Source: Alphaproteobacteria bacterium (GTDB lineage Bacteria; Pseudomonadota; Alphaproteobacteria; SP197). Taken from it: a stretch of 64,000 nt of DNA. Shown piece by piece: positions 20,098-29,886 of the stretch (position 1 is its first letter; each line of letters starts with the position of its first letter). The translations under genes were made by a program, and so were the position numbers. The DNA lies in NCBI GenBank assembly GCA_965228895.1, contig OZ245842.1, positions 2,048,001 through 2,112,000 of the forward strand, in the 5' to 3' direction. Below the pieces are notes generated by a model. The model saw only the letters and a program-made list of their open reading frames with translations. It ran no database searches and was not told the DNA's origin.

Positions 20098-20544
20098 TTA
20101 GCCGTTCGCAAGCTGCAAGCTGGCCCGGCCATGCACGACAACACGTTTCTTCGTGGCGCGTGAGGGACGCTTGGTTCTCCGTACGGTCGACGACACATCG
20201 ACCACGGTATCGTCGGCATGTTCCGTTTCACCATCGCCAAACGTGACGAGGTTGGTTGGTTCGGCGACGGCAAGCAGGTCGGCAGCAAAGGTCGAACGGA
20301 TCTGCGCAAAGGCAAGGCGGGCCGTTGGCCAATCGGCTGACCAGGTAACCACCGGTGTTGACGTCCCGTCCGCCGTCTTGGCGATGACGGCAGTCATGCG
20401 CTTGTCGTCCAGGGACCAAGTGTAGCCATGGGCCGGTGGCTGACCATCGAGCGGGTTGCCAAGGCAATCTTCCAGCAGCGCCCTGAAGCTTTCCGAGCGA
20501 CCATCGCGGATACGAAGCTCTATCTGCCAAGACGTTTCGTGCAT
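20098..20544 (-). CDS. Hypothetical protein, degenerate ABM/dimeric alpha-beta barrel-like
   Basis: SWQIELRIRDGRSESFRALL...GYTWSL resembles putative quinol monooxygenases; GAGAGGG upstream of ATG. Confidence 0.45.
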   Translation of the reverse strand: MHETSWQIELRIRDGRSESFRALLEDCLGNPLDGQPPAHGYTWSLDDKRMTAVIAKTADGTSTPVVTWSADWPTARLAFAQIRSTFAADLLAVAEPTNLVTFGDGETEHADDTVVDVSSTVRRTKRPSRATKKRVVVHGRASLQLANG

Positions 20545-22472
20545 GCTTGCCCTCTCGCGTGTCTGCCCTCGACCGCTATCCCTGTGCGGAATGGTCGCGC
20601 TCGATCTCGAATCGAACAAGTAACAGCGCGTCACATATCCGTTGATCATCGTGCGAAGCGGGTGCCGGCCATAAGTCAGCGAGGTCGCGGTTGGTGGCGT
20701 GCGCGGCCATCGTCTCTCGCGACTCGCGGGAAGCATGACGCCTTGTTGCCACACACCGACGTTTCGTCATCGGATGCCGAAACGCCGTCTTGAAGGGTGC
20801 TCGCAAATCGGTGCGTCAGGGCTGGCGATGTCGAATTACTTGCGTCTGCTGGTCCGTTTTACTTGCGCCTTGCCGTTGGATAAGGATCAACGGTTATGCC
20901 GCCGACATCGCACCGGTCCAGGCAGGTTTCGTTCCCTTTTTGAGAAAATAGGTCTGTATTCTTGTCCTGATACGGTACGCCGACGGGATCGAGACGGATC
21001 CGGCCGACCGTGAGCGAAGTTCTTTGCCGAGATCTTCGGACCTGATCAAATCTCATGCCCCCGCCGACGCGTGTAGGATCGCGTATCATCGCAGCCATTT
21101 GTCCCGGTGCGGGACTTCTCTATCGATATGCGTGGTGCGTAGGTGTCGATTATGCAACCATAGATAGAATTTACTGTTCAAGTCGCTCTGTTCAACAGAT
21201 GACAACAGGAGCGATGTCCGGTGTCCGTCATGCGTTGGTTGCTGTTGCGGCAATCCGAGTGGCACGAGACCATGTCGGTAACGGCTGACATCTAGCGCCG
21301 GAAATGTGCTTACGTAGCCGATTTTATGCCATCAACTTTCTGTGATCTCTCGACGCGGACGATTGCGACGCCTTCCGGCTGACGTCTGGCAATTCGCCGC
21401 TGCTTTAAGCGCACTTGCTTGGCTAAAGGGGTTGCGATCGATGGTGGCTGCGTGCTTCGTTCGGTCGGGCCAGGCGATAGAAAGATTCGTTAAATCAATG
21501 GGTTGGTGTGTTGACGCTTTGTTGTCAGGGGCACGCAACTGAATTTGCAGGCGCGGGGATGTCAGGGGTTTGGGAAGGCCATGGTCAGGTTTTGATGGCG
21601 GTGGCGTCAGGATCGGCCAATCGACTGCCGCGTTGTCGCCACCAGCCACATACATGTCGCGTGTTCCGTGAAGAGCCGATCGCAAGAGCGCGAATGTCCA
21701 AGGTTTCCAAAGGTAGCCGAGCCCCCCGCCGACACGATCGATGATACCGATCGTGCGGACGCCAAAACCGACTGTCCGCCATTACGTAGTTTTACTTAAG
21801 TATATGACCGGATTCTTGGAACTGTAGGTTGCGATCTAACATGTGCTATGGAGAAACCGGGTCGTATGAGCCGATTTCCAATCGAAATGGATAGTACGTT
21901 CTCTGTCGGTTGGAATATAGGGATCCGGAATGGCACGGTTCATGCATCGGAGGGGGTATGACCATGTGGCCTACATTGCAAGCCTTCAGGCGGGCACGTT
22001 GCGATCGGGGGGAAGACGAGCACCTCGAATGCGGTGTGCCGCCTTTGTTCACGCGCATTGCTGCCTATCCCTGTGGGCAACGCCTGTTACGAATGGATTA
22101 ACTCCTGTGGTCGATGTCTATTCATTGGTAGTGTTCATCTCAGCCATTCGAGCACTCAGCCAACGATAAAGAGGTGGTTTTTGCTGAGATGAAATTTCCA
22201 CATCTGGATGCACGTTAGTCAGAATAGAAAGTTTTTACCCACTAAGCATAGTTGTTCATCAGACGAATAGCTGGGATTGTATCAGAGTGGAAGGTAATAG
22301 ATATGTCGATCGGGTAGGAGGACTTTTTCGAGTTGTTTCGGAAGCAAAATAAAAAGCACATAGCTCCCGAAAGTCGTTGTGGGGTCGCAGAGTAAGTAAA
22401 GCTGGTCCGAACGTTGTGATTAGAAGGTCTAAATCGATGGTTCGGACTGACAGTCCAAAAAGGGGAAATCCC
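20545..22472. promoter_or_regulatory. About 1.9-kb AT-richer intergenic region upstream of the LuxR regulator
   Basis: No credible ORF; lower GC than flanks; several palindromes (TACGTA, TACTTAAGTA, TTCATCTCAGC..GCTGAGATGAA). Confidence 0.55.
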
Positions 22473-23156
22473 ATGAGTACCACGTTTATTGTCGACTCCA
22501 ACCGCCTCTCAAGGGAGGGCATGGTTCGTCTCTTGAGCGATACAAACTTCGATGTCCTGGGTCACGCCGGTGACATTAGCGGTCTTGATGACGGCTTGGC
22601 CGAATCCAGCCCGCCCGATCTGCTGCTGCTCGATTTGCCGCGCGAGACGGAGGGCCTGAAAGAGCGTCTTATCGAGCTGCGTGAGCGCGCGCCCAACATG
22701 AAGGTCGTCGTGCTGACCACCTCGGTTCAACCGCGGCCGCTTGCCGAGTACTTCAGTGCCGGCGTCGATGGTTATCTGTTGAAGGATATCTCGACCGAAG
22801 CCCTGATCGGATCGCTCAATCTGGTTCTGGCTGGCGAGCGGGTGTTCCCGTCACAGCTGATCCCGCTCATTCTCCGTGGCACCTCGGCGATGCCGACCAT
22901 GGCGAACACGGCGACAGCGGAAGGCGCCAATCTGTCAGACCGCGAGCTTCAGATCCTCGGCTGCCTCGTCGAGGGTGCGTCCAACAAGATGATCGCGAAC
23001 CGCCTGAGCGTGACCGAAGCGACCATCAAGGTTCACGTCAAAAGCATCCTGCGCAAGATCAACGCACAGAACCGCACGCAAGCGGCCATCTGGGCGCTGA
23101 ACAACGGCATTGCTGCGGATGCCGGCTTGATGATGGGACCCTCATCGCCCAACTGA
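22473..23156 (+). CDS. NarL/LuxR family response regulator (REC + HTH), CsgD-like position
   Basis: REC with LLLLD, LT and GYLLK; HTH LSDRELQIL..GASNKMIA..TIKVHV..NRTQAA. Confidence 0.93.
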   Translation: MSTTFIVDSNRLSREGMVRLLSDTNFDVLGHAGDISGLDDGLAESSPPDLLLLDLPRETEGLKERLIELRERAPNMKVVVLTTSVQPRPLAEYFSAGVDGYLLKDISTEALIGSLNLVLAGERVFPSQLIPLILRGTSAMPTMANTATAEGANLSDRELQILGCLVEGASNKMIANRLSVTEATIKVHVKSILRKINAQNRTQAAIWALNNGIAADAGLMMGPSSPN

Positions 23157-23181
23157 GGGGATCCCACACTTGTGCGCTAAT

Positions 23182-23216
23182 GAGAATGCCGCCTCAAGGG
23201 GCGGCATTCTCTTTTT
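23182..23216 (+). terminator. Intrinsic terminator
   Basis: gagaatgccgcc-loop-ggcggcattctc followed by T5. Confidence 0.85.
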
Positions 23217-23514
23217 GGGCATCCGCCACCAACGAGCGGCGGCCGAGACGGCCTCGCTTGCACAAAGCAGCCGTCTGGCAACGTCACAGCTGTGCTTGGC
23301 GGGCGCGACGCCATGCCCCATGCGGGCTCTGGCCAACCGATACACCGATATCGTTTCGATGATCTCTTCGGCGTTCGCGCGGCGCGGCGATGGTCGAAGA
23401 ATCACTTCGCCGGCGATCTCGTCTTGCGGGAGTTAACCGCTCTACCGAGAGCGCCGGCGAAAGTTTGGCAGGAGAAAGCGCCAGGCCGAACCCGGCGCTG
23501 CTTACTCTCCGGTC

Positions 23515-24057
23515 TTATCCACCCAGGCCGAAGACCTGCGATGTCCACGTGTTGATTGCGTTCCCGGACCCACCGCCGAAGCCGTAGCTGCCGCCGAACG
23601 ACGGATAACCGCCGCCACCGGTCGTCGCGGCCACCAAGCGGAACGTCCAACTTGTGACGGTGATACCGGAGCTGGACCCGAAGCCGAGCAACAGCTGGCC
23701 GCCGTCGCCGCTTCCGGTGCCGACATTCTCGAAGAAGAGACCGCCCAGATCGAGGTCGCGACCGCGGAACTGCGGAATGATCTCGCCGCTGGCGCTGGTC
23801 ACGATCGGCACACGGCCGCCGCGGTTGTTCTGGGTGATGGTCAGCAGGGATCCGTCCGAAGCGCGCATGATGTTGTCGGGCGTCGCATTGAACAGCTGCT
23901 CGTTAATGATGGCCTGCCGCGCCGCCGTGCTCATGCCGACACCGCCGTCGGGCGTGTCGAACGAGAACGGCTCGTTGTTCAGTTGGGCGTTGGCCGATGC
24001 CACATGGAGCAGAGCTACTGCACCAATCATGGCTGCCACGGCTAAACGAAATCGCAT
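23515..24057 (-). CDS. Secreted Gly/Ser-rich protein, probable accessory subunit of the CsgG/HfaB system
   Basis: Sec signal ending ANA-Q, GGAGAG RBS, Gly-rich C-terminal half, GC-rich codon usage. Confidence 0.75.
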   Translation of the reverse strand: MRFRLAVAAMIGAVALLHVASANAQLNNEPFSFDTPDGGVGMSTAARQAIINEQLFNATPDNIMRASDGSLLTITQNNRGGRVPIVTSASGEIIPQFRGRDLDLGGLFFENVGTGSGDGGQLLLGFGSSSGITVTSWTFRLVAATTGGGGYPSFGGSYGFGGGSGNAINTWTSQVFGLGG

Positions 24058-24206
24058 CGGTTCTCTCCTGCCTTACAATGACGGGGCCGAACCTTTTGGC
24101 CCCCCTCATCGCAAATTAAGCCGTAATCTGGACCAAATAATCAAGTGGATTGCGCCAACCCGGTCTACAATCCCGCCTAATAACCTTGATCCACCCCTTT
24201 AGATCG

Positions 24207-24884
24207 TCAGTTCAGACTGGTCTCCAAAGACCGCGCGGCGGGCACGAATGCTTGAATTGCGGCGAAAACAGCAGCTTCTGTTCTGTTTCTAAGCTGCAAT
24301 TTACCCAAAAGGCTCCGTACCACGTACTTCACGTTGGCTTCGGTCATATCCAGTTCTTCGGATATCGTCCGGTTGCTCTTGCCTTCGCCAAGCAACGCCA
24401 GCACCTGCTGTTCGGTCGGCGTCAACGACGACAGAAGCTGCAGGCGCAGTTCGGTCACCGTAAACGACGGCGTCATAAAAGGCGGCACCAGGCAGTAACC
24501 ATCGAGGCTGAGCCGCGCGACCTCGGCCGTCAGCGGCAGTTGCTCATCAACGAACAACCAGGCATCAACCAACGACAAGAGGTTTGTTGCCTGCAGGAGG
24601 TCATCGCGCCTGAGCGCCACGACAATGGTCGCGCGCCGCGAGACCCTCAGCAGATCGGCATACTCCATATCATTCAGCTTGGTGTGCCAAACGATCACGA
24701 CATTGGGCCGGCCATTCTCGGAATTCTGCGTTGGCAAGTCCGACAGGCGCTTGGCCTGGTTGAGCTGAATGCCGTGCTCTTCGGCCATCGCCCGTTGAAG
24801 CTGGAGTTCGGGCGTAGAGCCCTCGGCTACAATGGCGACGTTGAGGGGTCGTGCAGCACTTGTTTCACTTGTTTGCATCCTCAT
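24207..24884 (-). CDS. LuxR family regulator with degenerate receiver-like N-domain
   Basis: C-terminal LTPTEQQVL..GKSNRTI..NVKYVV..NRTEAA HTH; no Asp at the expected phosphorylation site. Confidence 0.85.
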   Translation of the reverse strand: MRMQTSETSAARPLNVAIVAEGSTPELQLQRAMAEEHGIQLNQAKRLSDLPTQNSENGRPNVVIVWHTKLNDMEYADLLRVSRRATIVVALRRDDLLQATNLLSLVDAWLFVDEQLPLTAEVARLSLDGYCLVPPFMTPSFTVTELRLQLLSSLTPTEQQVLALLGEGKSNRTISEELDMTEANVKYVVRSLLGKLQLRNRTEAAVFAAIQAFVPAARSLETSLN

Positions 24885-25493
24885 GCAGTCCCTGTTCAGA
24901 ATTGGTCCCTAATTCTTGCATCACGTTGGTTCGCGCAAAGTGGTGCCTGGTTTTTTTATGCGGCACCTTTGTTGGGCAGATGACGAGCGCGGATGTCTTG
25001 CGACACCTGCGACCGGGTAACAACACGTTGGCTGAGCAAGACGCCTTGTTCATGGCGGCGTCAGGTCAACCGACAGAGCACGGTCTTGAGGCAGATCGCG
25101 CTCGCTCTATCGATCGGGCCGTTCGGCTTTTGACGAGTTTCCAAGCTTCTTAACCGCCCAATGCTACATGGGTGTTGAGAGATGCCAACACCACGACCTG
25201 CAGTTTGTCAAAAATCCGTGACTACACCACGGGTAAAAAGGTCTACGACTTTGGATGAGTGTTAACTAAATATTAAGAACCCGATTACCCTTTAGATAGT
25301 AGCCTATCCTTTTTAATTACGAGGAGAGAAGGGGGTAATCCCTTTTCCGGTGCGATTAGTACTTCTTAACTCTTACCTTTTCTGACCCCTTCCGTAAGCT
25401 TCAACGCACGAGATTTCACGTCATTGCCGGAGGCGATCCGGCGTACCCGGTTCCGACTGCGAGCGTTACCGGGTTTGAGGAGGGTCCAGCAAA

Positions 25494-26312
25494 ATGCGTC
25501 TATTCGTTCCTGCGGCAATTGCGGCTGTTGCTCTTGTTGTAACGGCTTGCAGCACCGGTCCCTACCCGAAGGAAGGCGTACAGCCTGCCTTCAGCTTCCC
25601 GGTTACCAGTAATGACACGCCTTACAGTCAGTGCCTGCGGGCGCTGAGCGAGGTTCAGGGTAACAATCTGCCGGTATTTGCTGTGGGCGAAGTCGCCGAC
25701 AAGACGGGCCAGATCAACTATGACGAAAACGGCTATGCGCTGTCGCAGGGCGTTTCCGAAATGGTGATCAGCGCGCTCGCCAAGACCGACAAGGCGAACC
25801 TGGTTGAGCGCTTGGACCTGCGCATCCCTCTCGCCGAAGTCCAGTTGGCCGAACAGGGCCGCCTGTCGCGCTCGGCTGATGAGTACACCGATCTTCCCGC
25901 CAGCGATTTTGTCATCGCCGGCGCTCTGACTGAGCTCAACTACAACATCGTCAGCGAAGGCGCCCAGCTGTTCATCGACGGCATTGGCGGCGGCGCCCGC
26001 ACGGTGGTCATCAACGTGGCGCTCGACATGCGCGTGATCAGCTCGCGTACCTTCGCTGTGCCCTTTGTGGTGAGCCTGCAGAAACAGATTTACGGGTTCG
26101 AAGTCGAAGCGAACGTGTTCCGCTTCTTCGGCGACACCCTGGTTGAGTTTGACGCCGGACGGATCAGGAATGAACCGCTCCAGCTCGGCGTCCGTTCCGT
26201 CGTTGAAATGGGTGTTTACCAGATCATGACGGAATTCCTTGGTCTGCCCGCGAGCGAGAGCTGCCGTCTCGTTGAGACAGACCATATGGCGTCGTACCTC
26301 GAGCAGCTCTAA
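25494..26312 (+). CDS. CsgG/HfaB family outer-membrane lipoprotein (curli/holdfast-anchor secretion channel)
   Basis: Lipobox VTAC; PVTSNDTPYS..CL, VGEVADKTG, LVER.D, GALTELNYN, VALDMR, KQIYG and EPLQLGVR motifs. Confidence 0.88.
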   Translation: MRLFVPAAIAAVALVVTACSTGPYPKEGVQPAFSFPVTSNDTPYSQCLRALSEVQGNNLPVFAVGEVADKTGQINYDENGYALSQGVSEMVISALAKTDKANLVERLDLRIPLAEVQLAEQGRLSRSADEYTDLPASDFVIAGALTELNYNIVSEGAQLFIDGIGGGARTVVINVALDMRVISSRTFAVPFVVSLQKQIYGFEVEANVFRFFGDTLVEFDAGRIRNEPLQLGVRSVVEMGVYQIMTEFLGLPASESCRLVETDHMASYLEQL

Positions 26313-26335
26313 ATCCTGAAAGGAGAATGGTAGTT

Positions 26336-27433
26336 ATGAATACGTTCGGTAAAGCGACCCTTCTGGCCGGCGCCTCCGCCGTTGCCATGGGTCTGGCCAC
26401 CACCCAGGCTTCCGCTTTTGAGGATGTCGATTGGGACTGGTACGCCAACATCTACGAGAAGATCTTCATCAAGGTTAAGATCGATCCCACATTCGATCCC
26501 TCGGGTCTGGTTCAGGTCGAGAAGCTTCAGATCTTTGTTGGCGACGTGAAGGCCAACGCTTGGGTCGACGCTGTCCTGCACAAGCCTGCCGCGCCTGGCT
26601 ACGAGATCAAGACTCTGACCTCGAGCACGACCGGTGAGTTCTCGGGCACGTTCGAAGGCGGCTTCAAGGGCGTTACCAAGGGCGTGGTTCTCGACGAAGA
26701 GATCGCCTACCTGAAGAAGGGCAAGAAATGCTCGGGCAACTGGTGGGATCGCAAGTGCGAAGACGTCCTGATTCCCAAGTACGTCGATGACAAGGATCCG
26801 TTCTATGGCGTGACCTACGGCAAGCTCGGCGGCACGTTCGGCGGCGAGTTCAGCTCGTACACCGAGTATGACGTGATCATTCCGGATCCGTTCACTCTTG
26901 ACCAGCTGCCGTTGGTTGAGATTGCGGCGACCGCGATCGGCAACGCCGAGAGCATCGACTCCGACGTGGCCGTGATGGTCCACGAAGGTCAGTTCGTCGT
27001 TGGTGATGGCGACGACGGTCACCTCCCGTATTGGGTTGGCGACGCCAACGCCCACACATCGCTGGCTGATGCGCTTCTCTACATGGCCCTCGACGGTCAG
27101 CTGGAGAAGGCCACCATCTCGGCCAATGCTGGCTCGTACTACATCCAGCAGGCTCAGGCTGACATCTCCGCGACTGCTGTTGCCAACTCGAACAGCATAA
27201 ACGTTGATGCCGCCTCGCGTGACGATGCGATCGTGATCGCTGACCTCACCCAGTTCGCGTATGCCGATGTCTCGGCCAACGCTTACCTGGGCGTGCACTA
27301 TCTCGACAACTATGTCGACCTCGGCACGATGGTTGATGCTGACGGCGTCCGCCAGGCTGTGACTTCGGTTACCGCCACGGCCGTTGGCAACGTCTCCAGC
27401 ATCACGGTCTGCGCCGTCAACTGCGGCGACTAA
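26336..27433 (+). CDS. Secreted HfaD-like protein with ATA(I/V)(G/A)N repeats; putative major structural subunit
   Basis: Signal peptide ending ASA-F; repeats ATAIGNA, ATAVANS, ATAVGNV; beta-rich; directly after hfaB-like gene (alternative start 26327). Confidence 0.65.
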   Translation: MNTFGKATLLAGASAVAMGLATTQASAFEDVDWDWYANIYEKIFIKVKIDPTFDPSGLVQVEKLQIFVGDVKANAWVDAVLHKPAAPGYEIKTLTSSTTGEFSGTFEGGFKGVTKGVVLDEEIAYLKKGKKCSGNWWDRKCEDVLIPKYVDDKDPFYGVTYGKLGGTFGGEFSSYTEYDVIIPDPFTLDQLPLVEIAATAIGNAESIDSDVAVMVHEGQFVVGDGDDGHLPYWVGDANAHTSLADALLYMALDGQLEKATISANAGSYYIQQAQADISATAVANSNSINVDAASRDDAIVIADLTQFAYADVSANAYLGVHYLDNYVDLGTMVDADGVRQAVTSVTATAVGNVSSITVCAVNCGD

Positions 27434-27471
27434 GACTGTGTGAGGTGTAAGGTTCGGGTGACAGTTTGATC

Positions 27472-27549
27472 ATCCGCAAGTGTTGGGAAGCCGGGATGCA
27501 GCAGGTGCTGCATCCCGGCGACCCTCCTCTCCCGCAAACACTCTTGGAT
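27472..27549 (+). other. Strong intergenic stem-loop without U-tract
   Basis: Perfect inverted repeat gccgggatgcagca/tgctgcatcccggc at 27490-27519, extended by imperfect outer arms. Confidence 0.75.
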
Positions 27550-27576
27550 CGGCAAATCCTGTTCGGAAGGAGAAGA

Positions 27577-27990
27577 ATGATGGTAACAAAGTTTCGGAAC
27601 ATCGCCGCCGCCCTGGCTGCTACGGCCGCTATCGGCGCAATTGCTGCGCCTGCCGGCGCGCAGATGTTCGAGGGCGCCTATCAGAACAACAACCGCGACG
27701 GCCTGAGCAGCGCTGTGGTGATGAAGCAGGTTGATGAAGGCCTGTTCTCGCAACAGCAGCCGGTTGTTTCCGGTGGCAGCAGCGGCGGCGGCGACATTCT
27801 GCTGTGCGGCTCCGACGAGTCACAGTCGTCCGCCACCGCCAACTCGTCCTGCATCATCATCGGTGACGGCGCCACCGCCATCATCGACATGGGCCAGGAC
27901 AGCCTTGGCGACCAGGACGCCAACGCGGAATCGAACCAGGAAGTCAACGGCGATCTGTCAGACGCCCTGGAGTCCCTTAGCGGCGGTTGA
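27577..27990 (+). CDS. Small secreted HfaA-like protein
   Basis: AAGGAG RBS; signal ending AGA-Q; Gly/Ser linker, SSATANS motif, Q/N/D-rich tail. Confidence 0.6.
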   Translation: MMVTKFRNIAAALAATAAIGAIAAPAGAQMFEGAYQNNNRDGLSSAVVMKQVDEGLFSQQQPVVSGGSSGGGDILLCGSDESQSSATANSSCIIIGDGATAIIDMGQDSLGDQDANAESNQEVNGDLSDALESLSGG

Positions 27991-28102
27991 TGCTTGTGGG
28001 CGTTCGACGTCTATGGCTCACATAGTTTTTCTCGTCTCCTGACCCACGTTCAGGGCCGAGCCTGAGAGATAAAAGGGCATCCCAGGATGTCAAAGCGGGA
28101 TA

Positions 28103-28143
28103 GCGCCCGCCCGAACGTCGAAAGACGATCAGGCGGGCGTTTC
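28103..28143 (+). terminator. Probable intrinsic terminator after the hfa-like operon
   Basis: cgcccgcc...cgtc-gaaa-gacg...ggcgggcg followed by ttt. Confidence 0.6.
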
Positions 28144-28370
28144 GCATTCACAGCCTTGAAACAAATTCAACGACGTATGGCGATATGCGTAGGGCGTGAC
28201 TGGTGTCATAGCCCATTGCGAACGAATGACGCATGGTGGTCGCGATCAGATCGAACACTGGGCGATGGCCGCCGGTTACCCAACCTTGTCCCGGTCACTG
28301 ACCTGATCGACGTCGCATAAGGGTCTCCTTGGGTTCTTTTGCAGCCTGCACCTGGGAAAGTGCATAAATC

Positions 28371-29813
28371 ATGCTTTTTTTGACAGATAGCTTGGGATCC
28401 GTCAGCGATCACGCCACGGAACGGCGTTGGTCGGGAACCGACATTGCCACGGCTGCCCGGCAGCGCCATAAGGCGCTTGTCGACGGTGGGGTCGGGCCAG
28501 GCGACACGGTCGCTTTGTGGCAGGCGGGCTCGGGCGCTTTTTTTGCCGATCTTCTTGGCGCTTGGGCTGCCGGGGCGGCGGTTGCCGTCCTCAACCCCGG
28601 CCTGACGCCAGAGGAGATCGACAAGGTGGTCGGCCACATTCATCCGAAAATGGTGCTGGTCGATGGCGAACTCGATAGGGGCCGCTCGATCTTCACGATC
28701 CCGGTTATCGACTTCGGGGCGTCGGTTGGGCCGGACATGGCGTCCCGGACGGACCGGCGCCCTGCTCTCGACGATCCCGCCCTTATGTTGTTTACGTCCG
28801 GCACGACGGGTACGCCTAAGGGCGTCGTGCACACGTTCCGCTCGCTTGTCGCGCGACTGGCGCTGAACGAGACCTTTATGGGACGGGCCGATATGCGCCG
28901 GACGTTGTGCACACTGCCGACCCATTTCGGCCACGGCTTGATCGGCAATTGCCTGACACCGCTGCTTGATGGCGGCGATGTCGTGTTGATGGCCGGCAGC
29001 GACGCGCGTGCGGTGATGCAGCTTGGCGCGACCCTTGACCGGTACGCGATCACCTTCATGAGTTCGGTGCCTGCCTTGTGGAAGATGGCACTCAAGATGT
29101 CGAAGCCGCCGCAGGACGCAACGCTCCGTCGTGTTCACATTGGATCCGCGCCGTTGTCCGCCGATCTTTGGTCCAAGGTCGTCGATTGGTGCGGCACCAG
29201 GAACGTCGTCAACATGTATGGCATCACCGAAACCGCCAACTGGATCGGCGGTGCGTCTGCCGAAGACTTCGAGCCCCAGGACGGCCTGGTCGGCAGGTTG
29301 TGGGGCGGCCAGGCGGGCGTTCTGGGCGAGAGTGGTGACGTGCGAAGTGAAGGCGAGGGCGAGATCCTCATTCAGGCTCCGTCTCTTATGGCCGGCTATT
29401 TTGACCTTGATGATCTGACATCCCAGGTCCTCAAGGACGGTTGGTTTCATACCGGCGATATCGGCCGCCTTGAAGGCGGCGTCATCCGTCTGACGGGCCG
29501 TGAGAAGTACGAGATCAACCGAGCCGGCATGAAAGTCCATCCCGAGGACATCGATTTGCTTCTGGAGCGTCATGAAGGCGTCGTGGAGGCGTGTGCCTTC
29601 GGCGTCCCTGATCCGATCGTCGGCGAGGTCGTCTGCGTTGCCGTGGTGCTTGACGATGGAAAGGACATCAATGACATCAAGGCGTGGTGCGCCCAACGGC
29701 TGGTTCGCGAAAAGAACCCGGAGAAGTGGTTTGTTCTGGATGCGATACCCAAGACAGACCGAGGCAAGATAAATCGAAAGGTAGTCGCCGACGCCTGCTT
29801 TTCGACGATTTGA
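28371..29813 (+). CDS. Stand-alone ANL adenylate-forming enzyme (acyl-CoA/acyl-ACP ligase)
   Basis: FTSGTTGTPKG, YGITE, WFHTGDIG, GREK and PKT..GK motifs. Confidence 0.93.
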   Translation: MLFLTDSLGSVSDHATERRWSGTDIATAARQRHKALVDGGVGPGDTVALWQAGSGAFFADLLGAWAAGAAVAVLNPGLTPEEIDKVVGHIHPKMVLVDGELDRGRSIFTIPVIDFGASVGPDMASRTDRRPALDDPALMLFTSGTTGTPKGVVHTFRSLVARLALNETFMGRADMRRTLCTLPTHFGHGLIGNCLTPLLDGGDVVLMAGSDARAVMQLGATLDRYAITFMSSVPALWKMALKMSKPPQDATLRRVHIGSAPLSADLWSKVVDWCGTRNVVNMYGITETANWIGGASAEDFEPQDGLVGRLWGGQAGVLGESGDVRSEGEGEILIQAPSLMAGYFDLDDLTSQVLKDGWFHTGDIGRLEGGVIRLTGREKYEINRAGMKVHPEDIDLLLERHEGVVEACAFGVPDPIVGEVVCVAVVLDDGKDINDIKAWCAQRLVREKNPEKWFVLDAIPKTDRGKINRKVVADACFSTI

Positions 29814-29886
29814 ACCCGTAACCGCGGCGGCCCGGTCCGCGGCTTATGTGCAACCCACCATTACCTTGCCCACTCGGAGTTTCCCC

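Noticed and set aside
23292-23555. Short ORF containing HFAGDLVLREL, resembling a GGDEF fragment
   Set aside because: No GG(D/E)EF motif or other support; it overlaps the end of a better gene and is probably chance.
25494-27990. Calling this canonical curli (csgBAC) or assigning hfaA/hfaB/hfaD symbols
   Set aside because: No curlin Q-x-G-x-x-N repeats, gene order differs from hfaABD, and similarity is only motif-level by eye.
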